The notes under the pieces were generated by a model. The model worked only from the letters and a program-made list of their open reading frames with translations. It did not search any database and was not told where the DNA came from. A DNA stretch of 64,000 nucleotides, from positions 37,829 through 101,828 of the forward strand of contig CAADYR010000031.1 in NCBI GenBank assembly GCA_900753305.1, read 5' to 3'. A program made the position numbers and the translations under genes. This DNA comes from Lachnospiraceae bacterium. GTDB taxonomy: Bacteria > Bacillota > Clostridia > Lachnospirales > Lachnospiraceae. Below are positions 11,421-21,203 of this stretch, piece by piece (within the stretch, counting starts at the first letter, position 1; every line of letters begins with the position of its first letter).

Positions 11421-13271
11421 ATGGCAGCAATGAATTTGATTAACGTAGAAAATATTACAAAGTCCTATACGGACAGTCTTCTGTTCGATGAAGCTTCCTT
11501 TACTGTAGATGAGCAGGAGAAAGTTGGCATTATTGGCATTAACGGAACGGGCAAGACAACCCTGCTTCGCATGATCGTAGGTTTGGAGACACCGGAAAAG
11601 GGCACAATCACCAGAGCAAATCATATTGTGATAAGATATCTGCCGCAGCATCCTTCTTTTCGCGAAAACTCTACCGTATTGGAAGCAGTCATGGAAGGAA
11701 ATCTCAGACATGATAATGAATGGTCTTTGGAGAGTGAAGCCAAGACCATGTTGCAGAAGTTGGGAATTACTGACTACGACCAGATTGTAGATCATATGTC
11801 GGGAGGACAGCGTAAACGAATCGCACTGGCGAATACCCTGCTTGCAAAGGCTGATGTACTGGTTCTGGACGAGCCTACGAACCATTTGGATTCTTCCATG
11901 GCAGACTGGCTGGAAGAATATCTGAAGAACTTTCGTGGTGCGGTCATCATGGTAACGCATGACAGGTATTTTCTGGATAGTGTATCGAACAGAATCGTAG
12001 AGATAGATAAAGGAAAAACATACAGCTATCAGACGAATTATTCCGGATTTTTACAGTTAAAGGCACAGAGAGAAGAAATGCAGGCTGCCACAGAACGTAA
12101 GAGACAGAGCATTCTCAGAGTAGAAATCGAATGGATGCAGCGCGGAGCCAGAGCACGATCTACCAAACAGAAAGCGCACATTCAACGTTATGAAGAACTG
12201 GCAGCTCAGAAAGGCCCTACACAGGAAGAGGCACTGGATATCAGTTCCGTAACCACCAGAATGGGCAAGACTACAGTGGAACTGCATCATCTGTGCAAAG
12301 CATATGGTGATAAGGTACTTCTGAATGATTTCAGCTACATTTTCCTGAAAAACGACAGAATTGGATTTATTGGTGAGAATGGCTGTGGTAAATCTACTCT
12401 GATGAAGATAATCTGCGGCATGGAACAGCCGGATTCCGGAGAAGTCATTACAGGGCAGACGATCAAGATCGGTTACTATGCGCAGGAGATTCGCACGGAT
12501 AAGGAAGCGGGACTGGCGTATATGGCACCTGACATGCGTGTCATAGATTATATCCGTAATACAGCTGAATATGTACAGACGGTAGATGGTTCTGTATCTG
12601 CATCTGTTATGCTGGAGAGATTTCTGTTCCCGCCTGAGAAACAGTATGCGCCATTGGCTAAATTATCAGGTGGAGAAAAACGTAGACTGAACCTTCTGCG
12701 GGTTTTGATGGAAGCCCCCAATGTATTGATTCTGGATGAGCCTACAAATGATCTGGATATCCGTACTTTGACAATTCTGGAGGACTACTTGGATCATTTT
12801 GACGGTATTGTGATCACAGTATCTCATGATCGTTATTTCCTTGACAGAACGGTCAGACGTATTTTTGCCTTTGAAGGAAACGGTGTTATCAGACAGTTTG
12901 AGGGCGGTTATACAGATTATCAGGCGAAGATGCAGGAAGAAAACGGCGTAGAAGCAGTCTCTTTTGAAGAGAAGCCTGTAGAAAAGAGCAGTGAAGCAAA
13001 GAATCTTAAGACTGTTAAGAATCGTCAGGATAAATTGAAGTTCACTTATAAAGAGCAGAAGGAATATGAAACAATAGATGATGATATTGCTGCTCTGGAA
13101 GAGAAAATAGAAAAGCTGGAGCAGGACATTGCTGCAAATGCCAGAGATTTTGTGAAACTGAATGATTTGACCAAAGAGAAGGAGACTACGCAGGTTCTTC
13201 TGGATGAAAAGATGGATCGCTGGGTATATTTACAGGATCTTGCAGAGAGAATAGAACAGCAGAAATCATAA
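11421..13271 (+). CDS. ABC-F ATPase (Uup/YfmR-like)
   Basis: Two ABC domains (GINGTGKT, GENGCGKS, LDEPTN twice), RGARARSTKQKA linker, C-terminal coiled coil, no TM segments. Confidence 0.93.
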   Translation: MAAMNLINVENITKSYTDSLLFDEASFTVDEQEKVGIIGINGTGKTTLLRMIVGLETPEKGTITRANHIVIRYLPQHPSFRENSTVLEAVMEGNLRHDNEWSLESEAKTMLQKLGITDYDQIVDHMSGGQRKRIALANTLLAKADVLVLDEPTNHLDSSMADWLEEYLKNFRGAVIMVTHDRYFLDSVSNRIVEIDKGKTYSYQTNYSGFLQLKAQREEMQAATERKRQSILRVEIEWMQRGARARSTKQKAHIQRYEELAAQKGPTQEEALDISSVTTRMGKTTVELHHLCKAYGDKVLLNDFSYIFLKNDRIGFIGENGCGKSTLMKIICGMEQPDSGEVITGQTIKIGYYAQEIRTDKEAGLAYMAPDMRVIDYIRNTAEYVQTVDGSVSASVMLERFLFPPEKQYAPLAKLSGGEKRRLNLLRVLMEAPNVLILDEPTNDLDIRTLTILEDYLDHFDGIVITVSHDRYFLDRTVRRIFAFEGNGVIRQFEGGYTDYQAKMQEENGVEAVSFEEKPVEKSSEAKNLKTVKNRQDKLKFTYKEQKEYETIDDDIAALEEKIEKLEQDIAANARDFVKLNDLTKEKETTQVLLDEKMDRWVYLQDLAERIEQQKS

Positions 13272-13287
13272 GACTAGATAAGAAGCA

Positions 13288-14199
13288 TCACGGAATCATA
13301 GGAAACAGTGATGCAAAATCTGTCGGTATATTCTGAGTAAAGGACAGTGCTTTACCACTGATCGGATGGATAAATTCCAGACGATAGGAGTGTAGAGCCT
13401 GTCTTTTTATATGCTTATAATTGGGATTATACAGGAAATCACCCGGCAGGGGATGACCGATTGCTTTCATATGGACACGGATCTGATGGGTACGGCCTGT
13501 TTCCAGTTGAATCTGTACCAGAGAGTATTCACAGCCATCCAGGCTAACAGTAGAAAGACGCTGATAATGCGTGATTGCATGTTCTCCTTGTAAAGTATCA
13601 ACACAACGCTCAATGATAGAATCCTCTTTTCTGGCAATAGGCAGATCGATGGTTCCGGATTCGGGAATGATTCCCTCTACGACAGCCAAATAAGTGCGAT
13701 GAATCTGCCTTGCCTGTTGTTGCAGTGACAAGCCGGCGGCACTTAGCATATTTTTGGCGATCAGTACCAGTCCGGAGGTATCACGGTCGAGACGATTCAC
13801 ACAGCGGAATACGAGCTGGTTATCATAGTGCCACGCACAGTAATTGGCAAGGGTATCTTCATAATGTCCAAGAGAGGGGTGCACAGGCAGACCTGCCGGT
13901 TTGTTTATGACCAGAATATCTTCGTCTTCATATGTGACCATAGACATGAATGATTCATCCGAAATTTCTGTTGCGGGAATACCCGCAGAGCCATCATGAT
14001 CCTGAATACGAACAGTGAGAATATCTCCGGGATGCATTACAGTGTTCACATAGCACCAGACACCATTGAGCAGAATTCCTTCCTGCGTTTTCTTCAGACG
14101 TATCAGGATAGGCTGGGAATAACCGTGATGACGGAGGTATTCCCCTACAGTCTGACCATCCTCAGCCAATAAAATCGTATAGTTAAGTGTTCTGTCCAT
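13288..14199 (-). CDS. RluA-family pseudouridine synthase
   Basis: VINKPAGLPVHP, NRLDRDTSG, GRTHQIRVH. Confidence 0.95.
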   Translation of the reverse strand: MDRTLNYTILLAEDGQTVGEYLRHHGYSQPILIRLKKTQEGILLNGVWCYVNTVMHPGDILTVRIQDHDGSAGIPATEISDESFMSMVTYEDEDILVINKPAGLPVHPSLGHYEDTLANYCAWHYDNQLVFRCVNRLDRDTSGLVLIAKNMLSAAGLSLQQQARQIHRTYLAVVEGIIPESGTIDLPIARKEDSIIERCVDTLQGEHAITHYQRLSTVSLDGCEYSLVQIQLETGRTHQIRVHMKAIGHPLPGDFLYNPNYKHIKRQALHSYRLEFIHPISGKALSFTQNIPTDFASLFPMIP

Positions 14200-14303
14200 A
14201 GTGCATTTTTCCTTTCTCTATCCTGAACTGCTGTTATAGTATAACTGATTTTGTATTGGAATGCCAGATTACAGACTTTATAAATTCTTTATATTTCTTT
14301 CGA

Positions 14304-14376
14304 TTGACTATGAAATAGCTTAGATGTAAACTGTTTATAGACTAACAGTTTGATATACAACAATTTGCTATCAAAC
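14304..14376 (+). promoter_or_regulatory. marR promoter overlapped by four tandem GTT-N8-AAC-type operator sites
   Basis: TTGACT-17-TAAACT; 14-bp units at 14318, 14333, 14348 and 14363 (15-bp period). Confidence 0.65.
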
Positions 14377-14407
14377 TATATAGGTAATTATAGAAAGAGG
14401 GGTGACT

Positions 14408-14890
14408 ATGGAAGAGAAGAATGGTCCGGACAGAGCAATGGGACATGTCATTCGGAGGATGCAGCAGGATTTTAACCGGTGTTTTATGAAGGAAGGGACA
14501 GCGGCAGGGATAGATGAGGCAACACAGATGAATGGCTGGATCATGGCATACCTCTATTTTCACAAGGATCAGCCGGTTTATCAGAAGACAATAGAGTCTA
14601 CCTTCGGAGTGAACCGGTCGACTGTAACCAGTATTGTGAAGCTTATGGAGAAGAAGGGCTACATAGAACGTGAGAATGTGCCCGGAGATGCCAGATTAAA
14701 GAGACTCATCCTGACTCCGCTCGGTGAAGAAATGCATTTTAAAACGAAACAGACATTGGATTCTCTGGAATTACAGATCAGAAAAGATCTGACAGAGGAG
14801 GAAATAGAGGCTTTTTTTGCTGTTTCAGATAAGATTCGTAAGAATCTGGGTGAAAAAGAGGAGTGTATACACAAAAGAATCAAAGACTAA
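14408..14890 (+). CDS. MarR-family transcriptional regulator
   Basis: RSTVTSIVKLMEKKGYIER..DARLKRLILTPLG winged helix. Confidence 0.92.
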   Translation: MEEKNGPDRAMGHVIRRMQQDFNRCFMKEGTAAGIDEATQMNGWIMAYLYFHKDQPVYQKTIESTFGVNRSTVTSIVKLMEKKGYIERENVPGDARLKRLILTPLGEEMHFKTKQTLDSLELQIRKDLTEEEIEAFFAVSDKIRKNLGEKEECIHKRIKD

Positions 14891-14911
14891 TTGTGAAAGG
14901 AAGAAAATATT

Positions 14912-16660
14912 ATGCTGAAAGTATTAGGCGCACAGATCAAGGAATTTAAAAAAGATTCCATTATGACGCCCGTTTTCATGATTCTTGAGGTTATCATGGA
15001 AATGATTATTCCACTGTTAATGGCATCGATTATTGATGATGGTGTCAATGCGGGAAATATGAACCATATATACAAGGTTGGCGCATATATGGTAGTGGCT
15101 GCTATCATCGGTTTATGGGCTGGTATGATGGGGGCAAAATACGGTGCAAGGGCATCAACAGGCTTTGCCAGAAACCTGAGAAAGGCAATGTTTGAGAATA
15201 TCCAGACATTTTCCTTCTCCAATATTGATAAATATTCTACTTCCAGTCTGATCACCAGACTGACAACAGATGTAACGAACCTGCAGAATGCATATCAGAT
15301 GCTGATTCGTATGGCGATGAGAGCACCGGCATCTATGATTATCGCAATGATCATGGCTTTTTCTATCAATGCGAAACTGGCAAGTACCTATCTGATCGCT
15401 GTTATATTCCTGGGTGCATGTATTGCAATGATCATTTCCAGAGCTACCAAGTATTTCAGACAGGTATTTGAAAAGTACGATGATCTGAATGCCAGTGTGC
15501 AGGAGAATGTAGCTGCCATCCGTGTGGTAAAGGCATATGTAAGAGAAGATTATGAGAAGGAGAAATTTTCCAAGGCAAACCAGAACATTTACAACATGTT
15601 CCTGCGTGCAGAGAAGCTGGTTGTTATCAATATGCCTCTGATGCAGTTCACAGTCTATGCATGTATTCTGATCATTTCCTGGCTTGGTGCCAAGATGATC
15701 GTTGCAGGAGGTCTGACAACAGGTGAAATGATGAGTCTTTTGACTTATTGTATGAATATCCTGATGAGTCTCATGATGGTATCTATGATCTTCGTTATGC
15801 TGACCATGAGTTATGCCAGTGCAAAACGTATTGCAGAGGTATTGCAGGAAAAGACAGACCTTACCAACCATGAGAACCCTGTAAAGGAAGTTGCAGATGG
15901 CAGCATTGTATTTAAAAATGTAGATTTTGCATACAAAAAAGGCAGTAAACCTGTGCTTAAAAATATCAATCTTGATATCAGATCAGGTGAAACGATCGGT
16001 ATTATTGGTGGTACGGGTAGTGCCAAGTCCAGTCTGGTCAATTTAATCAGCCGTCTGTATGACGTAACGGCTGGTGAATTGCTGGTAGGTGGACGAAATG
16101 TAAAGGAATATGACATGGAATCTCTTAGAAATCAGGTATCTGTCGTATTGCAGAAAAATGTGCTTTTCAGCGGCTCTATCTTGGATAATCTGCGTTGGGG
16201 TGATAAAAATGCAACCGAAGCAGAGTGTATCAGGGCATGTGAGCTGGCTTGTGCAGATGAATTTATTCAGAAGATGCCGGACAAATATAATACACACATT
16301 GAGCAGGGGGGCTCTAACGTGTCAGGTGGTCAGAAACAGAGGCTTTGTATTGCCAGAGCCTTGTTAAAGAAACCCAGGATACTGATTCTGGATGATAGTA
16401 CAAGTGCGGTAGATACTGCTACAGATGCCAAGATCAGAAAGGCTTTTGCAGAAGAAATCCCCGATACTACGAAGCTTATCATTGCACAGAGAATCAGCAG
16501 TGTACAGCATGCTGACAGGATCGTTGTCATGGATAACGGAGAGATTTCTGACTTTGGTACACATGATGAACTGCTGACAAGAAGTGAGATTTACAGAGAT
16601 GTATATGAATCACAGACAGGTGGCAGTGGAGATTTTGATGAGGATGGAGGTGACAAATAA
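14912..16660 (+). CDS. Heterodimeric ABC exporter, TMD-NBD subunit with degenerate motifs
   Basis: TM domain plus GGTGSAKS, VSGGQKQR, LDDSTSAVD. Confidence 0.93.
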   Translation: MLKVLGAQIKEFKKDSIMTPVFMILEVIMEMIIPLLMASIIDDGVNAGNMNHIYKVGAYMVVAAIIGLWAGMMGAKYGARASTGFARNLRKAMFENIQTFSFSNIDKYSTSSLITRLTTDVTNLQNAYQMLIRMAMRAPASMIIAMIMAFSINAKLASTYLIAVIFLGACIAMIISRATKYFRQVFEKYDDLNASVQENVAAIRVVKAYVREDYEKEKFSKANQNIYNMFLRAEKLVVINMPLMQFTVYACILIISWLGAKMIVAGGLTTGEMMSLLTYCMNILMSLMMVSMIFVMLTMSYASAKRIAEVLQEKTDLTNHENPVKEVADGSIVFKNVDFAYKKGSKPVLKNINLDIRSGETIGIIGGTGSAKSSLVNLISRLYDVTAGELLVGGRNVKEYDMESLRNQVSVVLQKNVLFSGSILDNLRWGDKNATEAECIRACELACADEFIQKMPDKYNTHIEQGGSNVSGGQKQRLCIARALLKKPRILILDDSTSAVDTATDAKIRKAFAEEIPDTTKLIIAQRISSVQHADRIVVMDNGEISDFGTHDELLTRSEIYRDVYESQTGGSGDFDEDGGDK

Positions 16661-18594
16661 TGGCAGAGAATGCAAAACCGATGAATGGACCTGGTGGAAG
16701 ACGGGGACCAAGAGGACCTAAGCCTAAGGTGGAGAATCCGGGTAAACTTTTTAAACGTTTGATGGGATATATTTTCAAGAGCTATACACCACATGTCATT
16801 ATTGTTGTCATTTGTATTTTTATAGGTGTATTTGCAAGTATTCAGGGAACATTGTTTATGCAGACTCTGATCGATTCCTATATCATGCCTCTGATCGGAC
16901 AGGAGAATCCGGATTTCTCGGGATTATGGAATGCTATTGTACGAGTAGGCTGTTTCTATGCGATAGGTGCTCTGTCCGGTTATGTATATAACAGGATCAT
17001 GGTCAATGTCAGCCAGGGTACACTGCGAAATATCCGAAATGATATGTTTGGCAAGATGGAATCACTGCCTATCAAGTATTTCGATACCCATGCACATGGT
17101 GATATCATGTCATGCTATACCAACGATATTGATACACTGAGACAGATGATCAGTCAGAGTATGCCACAGTTGCTTAACAGTGCGATCACGATTGTCAGCG
17201 TATTTTTCAGCATGTTGTTCTTAAGCTGGCCTTTGACGATTGTTACGATGATCATGGTATCTCTGATGCTGTATGTAACGAAGAAAGCAGCGGGAGCCTC
17301 AGGTAAATATTTTATCAAACAGCAGCAGGCATTAGGTTCTGTGAACGGTTACATCGAAGAAATGATGGAAGGACAGAAGGTTGTCAAGGTATTCTGCCAT
17401 GAAGAGGAAAATATCAATAAATTCAATGAGATCAATGATGAGTTATTCGATTGTGCATACAATGCTAATAAATATGCGAACTTCCTGGGACCTATCAATG
17501 CACAGCTTGGTAATCTCAGTTATGTAGTATGTGCGATTGTCGGAGGTATTCTGGCATTGAACCATATTGCGGGACTGACGCTTGGTGGACTGGCAAGTTT
17601 CCTGACCTTTAATAAGAGTTTCAACATGCCGATCAACCAGATCAGTCAGCAGTTCAACAGTATTGTTATGGCTCTGGCGGGTGCAGAACGTATCTTCAAG
17701 ATGATCGATGAACAGCCGGAGGCTGATGAAGGTTATGTAACATTAGTCAATGCAGAAGAAGTAAATGGTGAAATAAGAGAAACATCTAAAAGAACAGGCA
17801 TGTGGGCATGGAAGCATTATCATAAGGACACAGATACTACCAGCTATCGTAAACTGGAAGGTAAAGTGGAATTTAATGATGTGGACTTTGGCTACAGTGA
17901 TGAGAAGATCGTACTTCACAATATTGAAATGTTCGCAGAACCTGGACAGAAGATTGCATTCGTAGGATCTACAGGTGCAGGCAAGACAACAATTACGAAT
18001 CTGATCAACCGATTCTATGATATTCAGGATGGTAAGATCCGATATGACGGAATCAATGTAAATAAGATCAAGAAAGCTGATCTGAGACGTTCTCTTGGCA
18101 TTGTATTACAGGATACACATTTATTTACGGCTACGGTTCGTGAGAATATCAGATATGGTAAGCTGGATGCAACAGATGAAGAAGTCATTGCAGCAGCAAA
18201 GCTTGCAAATGCACACGAATTCATAGAGAGACTTCCGCAGGGCTATGATACTCTTCTGACAGGTGATGGTGCGAACCTCAGTCAGGGACAGAGACAGCTT
18301 CTTGCTATTGCAAGAGCAGCCATTGCAGATCCTCCTGCATTGATTCTGGATGAAGCGACCAGTTCTATTGATACCAGAACAGAGAAGATCGTCCAGGATG
18401 GTATGGATAAACTGATGCATGGCAGAACAACCTTTGTTATTGCACACAGATTGTCTACGGTTAAGAACAGTGATTGTATTATGGTTCTGGAACAGGGCAG
18501 AATTATTGAACGTGGTACACATGACCAGTTGATCGAGAAGCAGGGCAGATATTATCAGTTATATACCGGTAATGCCATTACATCAGAAGCATAA
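16660..18594 (+). CDS. Heterodimeric ABC exporter, second TMD-NBD subunit
   Basis: TM domain plus GSTGAGKT, LSQGQRQ, LDEATSSID, IAHRLST. Confidence 0.93.
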   Translation: MAENAKPMNGPGGRRGPRGPKPKVENPGKLFKRLMGYIFKSYTPHVIIVVICIFIGVFASIQGTLFMQTLIDSYIMPLIGQENPDFSGLWNAIVRVGCFYAIGALSGYVYNRIMVNVSQGTLRNIRNDMFGKMESLPIKYFDTHAHGDIMSCYTNDIDTLRQMISQSMPQLLNSAITIVSVFFSMLFLSWPLTIVTMIMVSLMLYVTKKAAGASGKYFIKQQQALGSVNGYIEEMMEGQKVVKVFCHEEENINKFNEINDELFDCAYNANKYANFLGPINAQLGNLSYVVCAIVGGILALNHIAGLTLGGLASFLTFNKSFNMPINQISQQFNSIVMALAGAERIFKMIDEQPEADEGYVTLVNAEEVNGEIRETSKRTGMWAWKHYHKDTDTTSYRKLEGKVEFNDVDFGYSDEKIVLHNIEMFAEPGQKIAFVGSTGAGKTTITNLINRFYDIQDGKIRYDGINVNKIKKADLRRSLGIVLQDTHLFTATVRENIRYGKLDATDEEVIAAAKLANAHEFIERLPQGYDTLLTGDGANLSQGQRQLLAIARAAIADPPALILDEATSSIDTRTEKIVQDGMDKLMHGRTTFVIAHRLSTVKNSDCIMVLEQGRIIERGTHDQLIEKQGRYYQLYTGNAITSEA

Positions 18595-18603
18595 ATTATC
18601 TGG

Positions 18604-18637
18604 AAAAGGCAGCAGAGTATTCTTTGCTGTCTTTTTG
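18604..18637 (+). terminator. Intrinsic terminator
   Basis: AAAAGGCAGCAGAG / CTTTGCTGTCTTTT stem plus T-tract. Confidence 0.75.
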
Positions 18638-18753
18638 CTTTGATTAAACAAAAAATATAAAAAACATAAATTTACAGATAATTACTTGATATCACTCAAT
18701 TTAGCTGATAAAATATATAGTATAGTATGGCTTTATGCAAGCGGGGTGATAGA

Positions 18754-19341
18754 ATGGCTTTTTCAAAAGGAAAAAGAATTGAAGATGAAACAAGTCAGAG
18801 AATTATTGATCTGGCTGTTAACATTGGCTGTAAAGAAGGTCCGGATGCATTGACGGTAACGCGAATCTGTAGAGAATTGAACTGCGACAGAAGAGTTATC
18901 TATAACAGGTTTCGGGATGTAGATGAAATTAATCTGATCGTTGCAGGACGTTGTAATGAAGAACTGCTCAAAAATGCAAGAGCAGCATTAAAACCGGATG
19001 CCTCTTATTATGAAAATCTTTTATCTCTGATCCAGGCAGAATTTACTTACATTTATGAGAAAAATACTTTTTTTCAATATTACACAGCATTATATCAGGT
19101 AGATGAGGATGGAATTCATAATGAAATTCTCCAAAATCTTGAGGAATATATAGAAAATGGGAAGGAATCAGGCGAATTTAATACACAGACCGGAAGCAGA
19201 GAAGCAGCAGAAGGTATTTGGATCATTCTTACCGGTATCAGCAGAATGTTAGCAGCAAATGTAAATTATAAATACCAGGATGGATATAAGGCGTTGATGT
19301 ATGGAATCCATGCAATATGTCATGAAATGAATGCATCGTAG
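18754..19341 (+). CDS. TetR/AcrR-family regulator
   Basis: N-terminal HTH (LTVTRICRELNCDRRVIYNRF); RBS precedes ATG 18754. Confidence 0.8.
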   Translation: MAFSKGKRIEDETSQRIIDLAVNIGCKEGPDALTVTRICRELNCDRRVIYNRFRDVDEINLIVAGRCNEELLKNARAALKPDASYYENLLSLIQAEFTYIYEKNTFFQYYTALYQVDEDGIHNEILQNLEEYIENGKESGEFNTQTGSREAAEGIWIILTGISRMLAANVNYKYQDGYKALMYGIHAICHEMNAS

Positions 19342-19544
19342 TATGCAAAAAAGCAGATATTTATATTGCAGAAATCACAGTCATAGTTATATTTGCACAA
19401 TAATATTTGGCATATTTGTTAGAAAATGGCAGAACATGTTTTTATTACATAATAATTATGTTAATATAAAGATATCGATTGGAAATCGATAAGTTTATAT
19501 TTTTAGGGGTAAGTCGCTTGTGCATATAAGCGAAGATTTAATAT

Positions 19545-20231
19545 ATGAGGAAATGGATTACACACAATAAAATAACGGTCATACGTCTGGATGGAGTCAG
19601 ATGTAAATGTTTTCTTATTCAGGATGCGCATAATTACTGGATGGTAGATACTTCTGCTTTGATGGATAGGAAAAGGATTGTTATGCAGATGCAGGAGTGT
19701 GGTATTAATTCTTTGCGCGGAATCATACTGACGCATTCCCATATCAACCATGTGGAAGCAGCAGCCTGGTTCGCAGCAGAGTATCAGTGCCCGGTATATA
19801 TTCACGATAGTGAATTACATTTTATTCAGACAGGAGATTGCCTGATTCCCAAGGCGGCTCGTAAATCAATGGAGCCAATAGAGCGAATGGTCAGTTATAT
19901 TCCTTTCCTGAATAAATATCCGGCGTGCAGGGAAGCACAGGCACTGCCTTTGGGGAGTGAACTATTTGAAGATGATCGGATCAGGATTCTTGAAACACCG
20001 GGACATTCAGAAGGCAGTATCAGTATTATTGTAGACGATGAAATAGCAATTGTTGGTGATGTAATGCGCCGCCGGGCAGTTTTTTCTGTATTTCTGGCAT
20101 GGGCGAATCAACCGGGGCTTGTAGAAGTATCATGGAAGAAATTATTGCAGGAACAATGCAGATTATTCCTTCCATCACATGGCAGAGAGATACCGAGGGA
20201 GCTGCTTGAGAAGGAATTAAAACAAATATAA
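19545..20231 (+). CDS. Metallo-beta-lactamase-fold hydrolase
   Basis: THSHINH (variant of HxHxDH), TPGHS, VGD, PSHG. Confidence 0.85.
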   Translation: MRKWITHNKITVIRLDGVRCKCFLIQDAHNYWMVDTSALMDRKRIVMQMQECGINSLRGIILTHSHINHVEAAAWFAAEYQCPVYIHDSELHFIQTGDCLIPKAARKSMEPIERMVSYIPFLNKYPACREAQALPLGSELFEDDRIRILETPGHSEGSISIIVDDEIAIVGDVMRRRAVFSVFLAWANQPGLVEVSWKKLLQEQCRLFLPSHGREIPRELLEKELKQI

Positions 20232-20239
20232 AAAACATA

Positions 20240-20268
20240 TTGCAAATTTGGAAGAAATCCGCTATGAT
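20240..20268 (+). promoter_or_regulatory. Sigma-A promoter of the ZTP riboswitch/pur transcript
   Basis: TTGCAA-17-TATGAT directly upstream of the aptamer. Confidence 0.7.
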
Positions 20269-20274
20269 GACTTT

Positions 20275-20360
20275 AGTACACAACTGGCGGAAACAGATTG
20301 TCTGTGTAGGAGTACCTACAGGGAGTGTATCATATTGATGAAAAGCCGACCGCCTGGGCA
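20275..20360 (+). ncRNA. ZMP/ZTP (pfl) riboswitch aptamer
   Basis: ACTGGCG...GGGAG P1 elements, P2 GTAGG/CCTAC, A-rich linker, P3 GCCGACCGCCTGGGC; sits upstream of purine cyclohydrolase/transformylase genes. Confidence 0.93.
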
Positions 20361-20392
20361 ACATATATTTGTATGTCCAGGCGGTCTTTTTA
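20348..20392 (+). terminator. Riboswitch expression-platform terminator
   Basis: GACCGCCTGGGCA / TGTCCAGGCGGTC plus TTTTT; sequesters P3, consistent with an ON switch. Confidence 0.85.
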
Positions 20393-20478
20393 TGTCTTGG
20401 AACAGGATACAGAACAGGTCTATGTGGCGCTGCACAGTGGACTTGTGAAAAGGCAGGCAGCGCAGAAATGAGGTAAAA

Positions 20479-21192
20479 ATGGAAAAACTTTCACTGGCAC
20501 AGGAACTTCAGAGCAACGCTTATCCCGGAAGAGGAATCGTGATCGGTAAGACACCCGATGGAACGAAGGCAGCAATCGCATATTTCATCATGGGCAGAAG
20601 CGAGAACAGCAGAAACCGTGTATTTGTAACAGAAGGAGAAGGTATCAGAACACAGGCATTTGATCCATCCAAGTTAAGCGACCCCAGCCTGATTATCTAT
20701 GCACCTGTTCGTGTTCTTGGAAACAAGACAATTGTAACCAATGGTGATCAGACAGACACGATCTATGAATTAATGGATAAACAGCAGACATTTGAACAGT
20801 CTCTGCGTACCAGAGAGTTTGAACCAGACGCACCTAACTATACACCAAGAATCTCAGGAATCCTTCATATTGAGGATGGTTCCTATAATTATGCAATGTC
20901 TATCTTAAAGAGCAACAATGGCAACCCTGATGCATGCAACCGTTATACTTTTGCATACAGCAATCCAGTAGCCGGCGAAGGTCATTTCATCCATACTTAT
21001 AAATGTGATGGCAATCCTCTGCCAAGCTTTGAAGGCGAACCCAAGTTAGTTGATATTCCAAATGATATGAACGAGTTCGCTGATACTGTATGGAACAGCC
21101 TGAATGCAGAGAACAAGGTATCTCTGTTCATCCGCTATATCGACATTGCAACAGGCAAATACGAAACCAGAATCATCAACAAGAATAACTAA
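20479..21192 (+). CDS. IMP cyclohydrolase (PurO-like, Ntn fold)
   Basis: YPGRGIVIG, GRSENSRNR, VTNGDQTD, FEPDAPNYTPRISG. Confidence 0.88.
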   Translation: MEKLSLAQELQSNAYPGRGIVIGKTPDGTKAAIAYFIMGRSENSRNRVFVTEGEGIRTQAFDPSKLSDPSLIIYAPVRVLGNKTIVTNGDQTDTIYELMDKQQTFEQSLRTREFEPDAPNYTPRISGILHIEDGSYNYAMSILKSNNGNPDACNRYTFAYSNPVAGEGHFIHTYKCDGNPLPSFEGEPKLVDIPNDMNEFADTVWNSLNAENKVSLFIRYIDIATGKYETRIINKNN

Positions 21193-21203
21193 GGAGTGCA
21201 CAC

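Noticed and set aside
20248..20448. 66-aa ORF as a leader peptide
   Set aside because: It starts inside the promoter spacer, has no RBS, and runs through the riboswitch and terminator.
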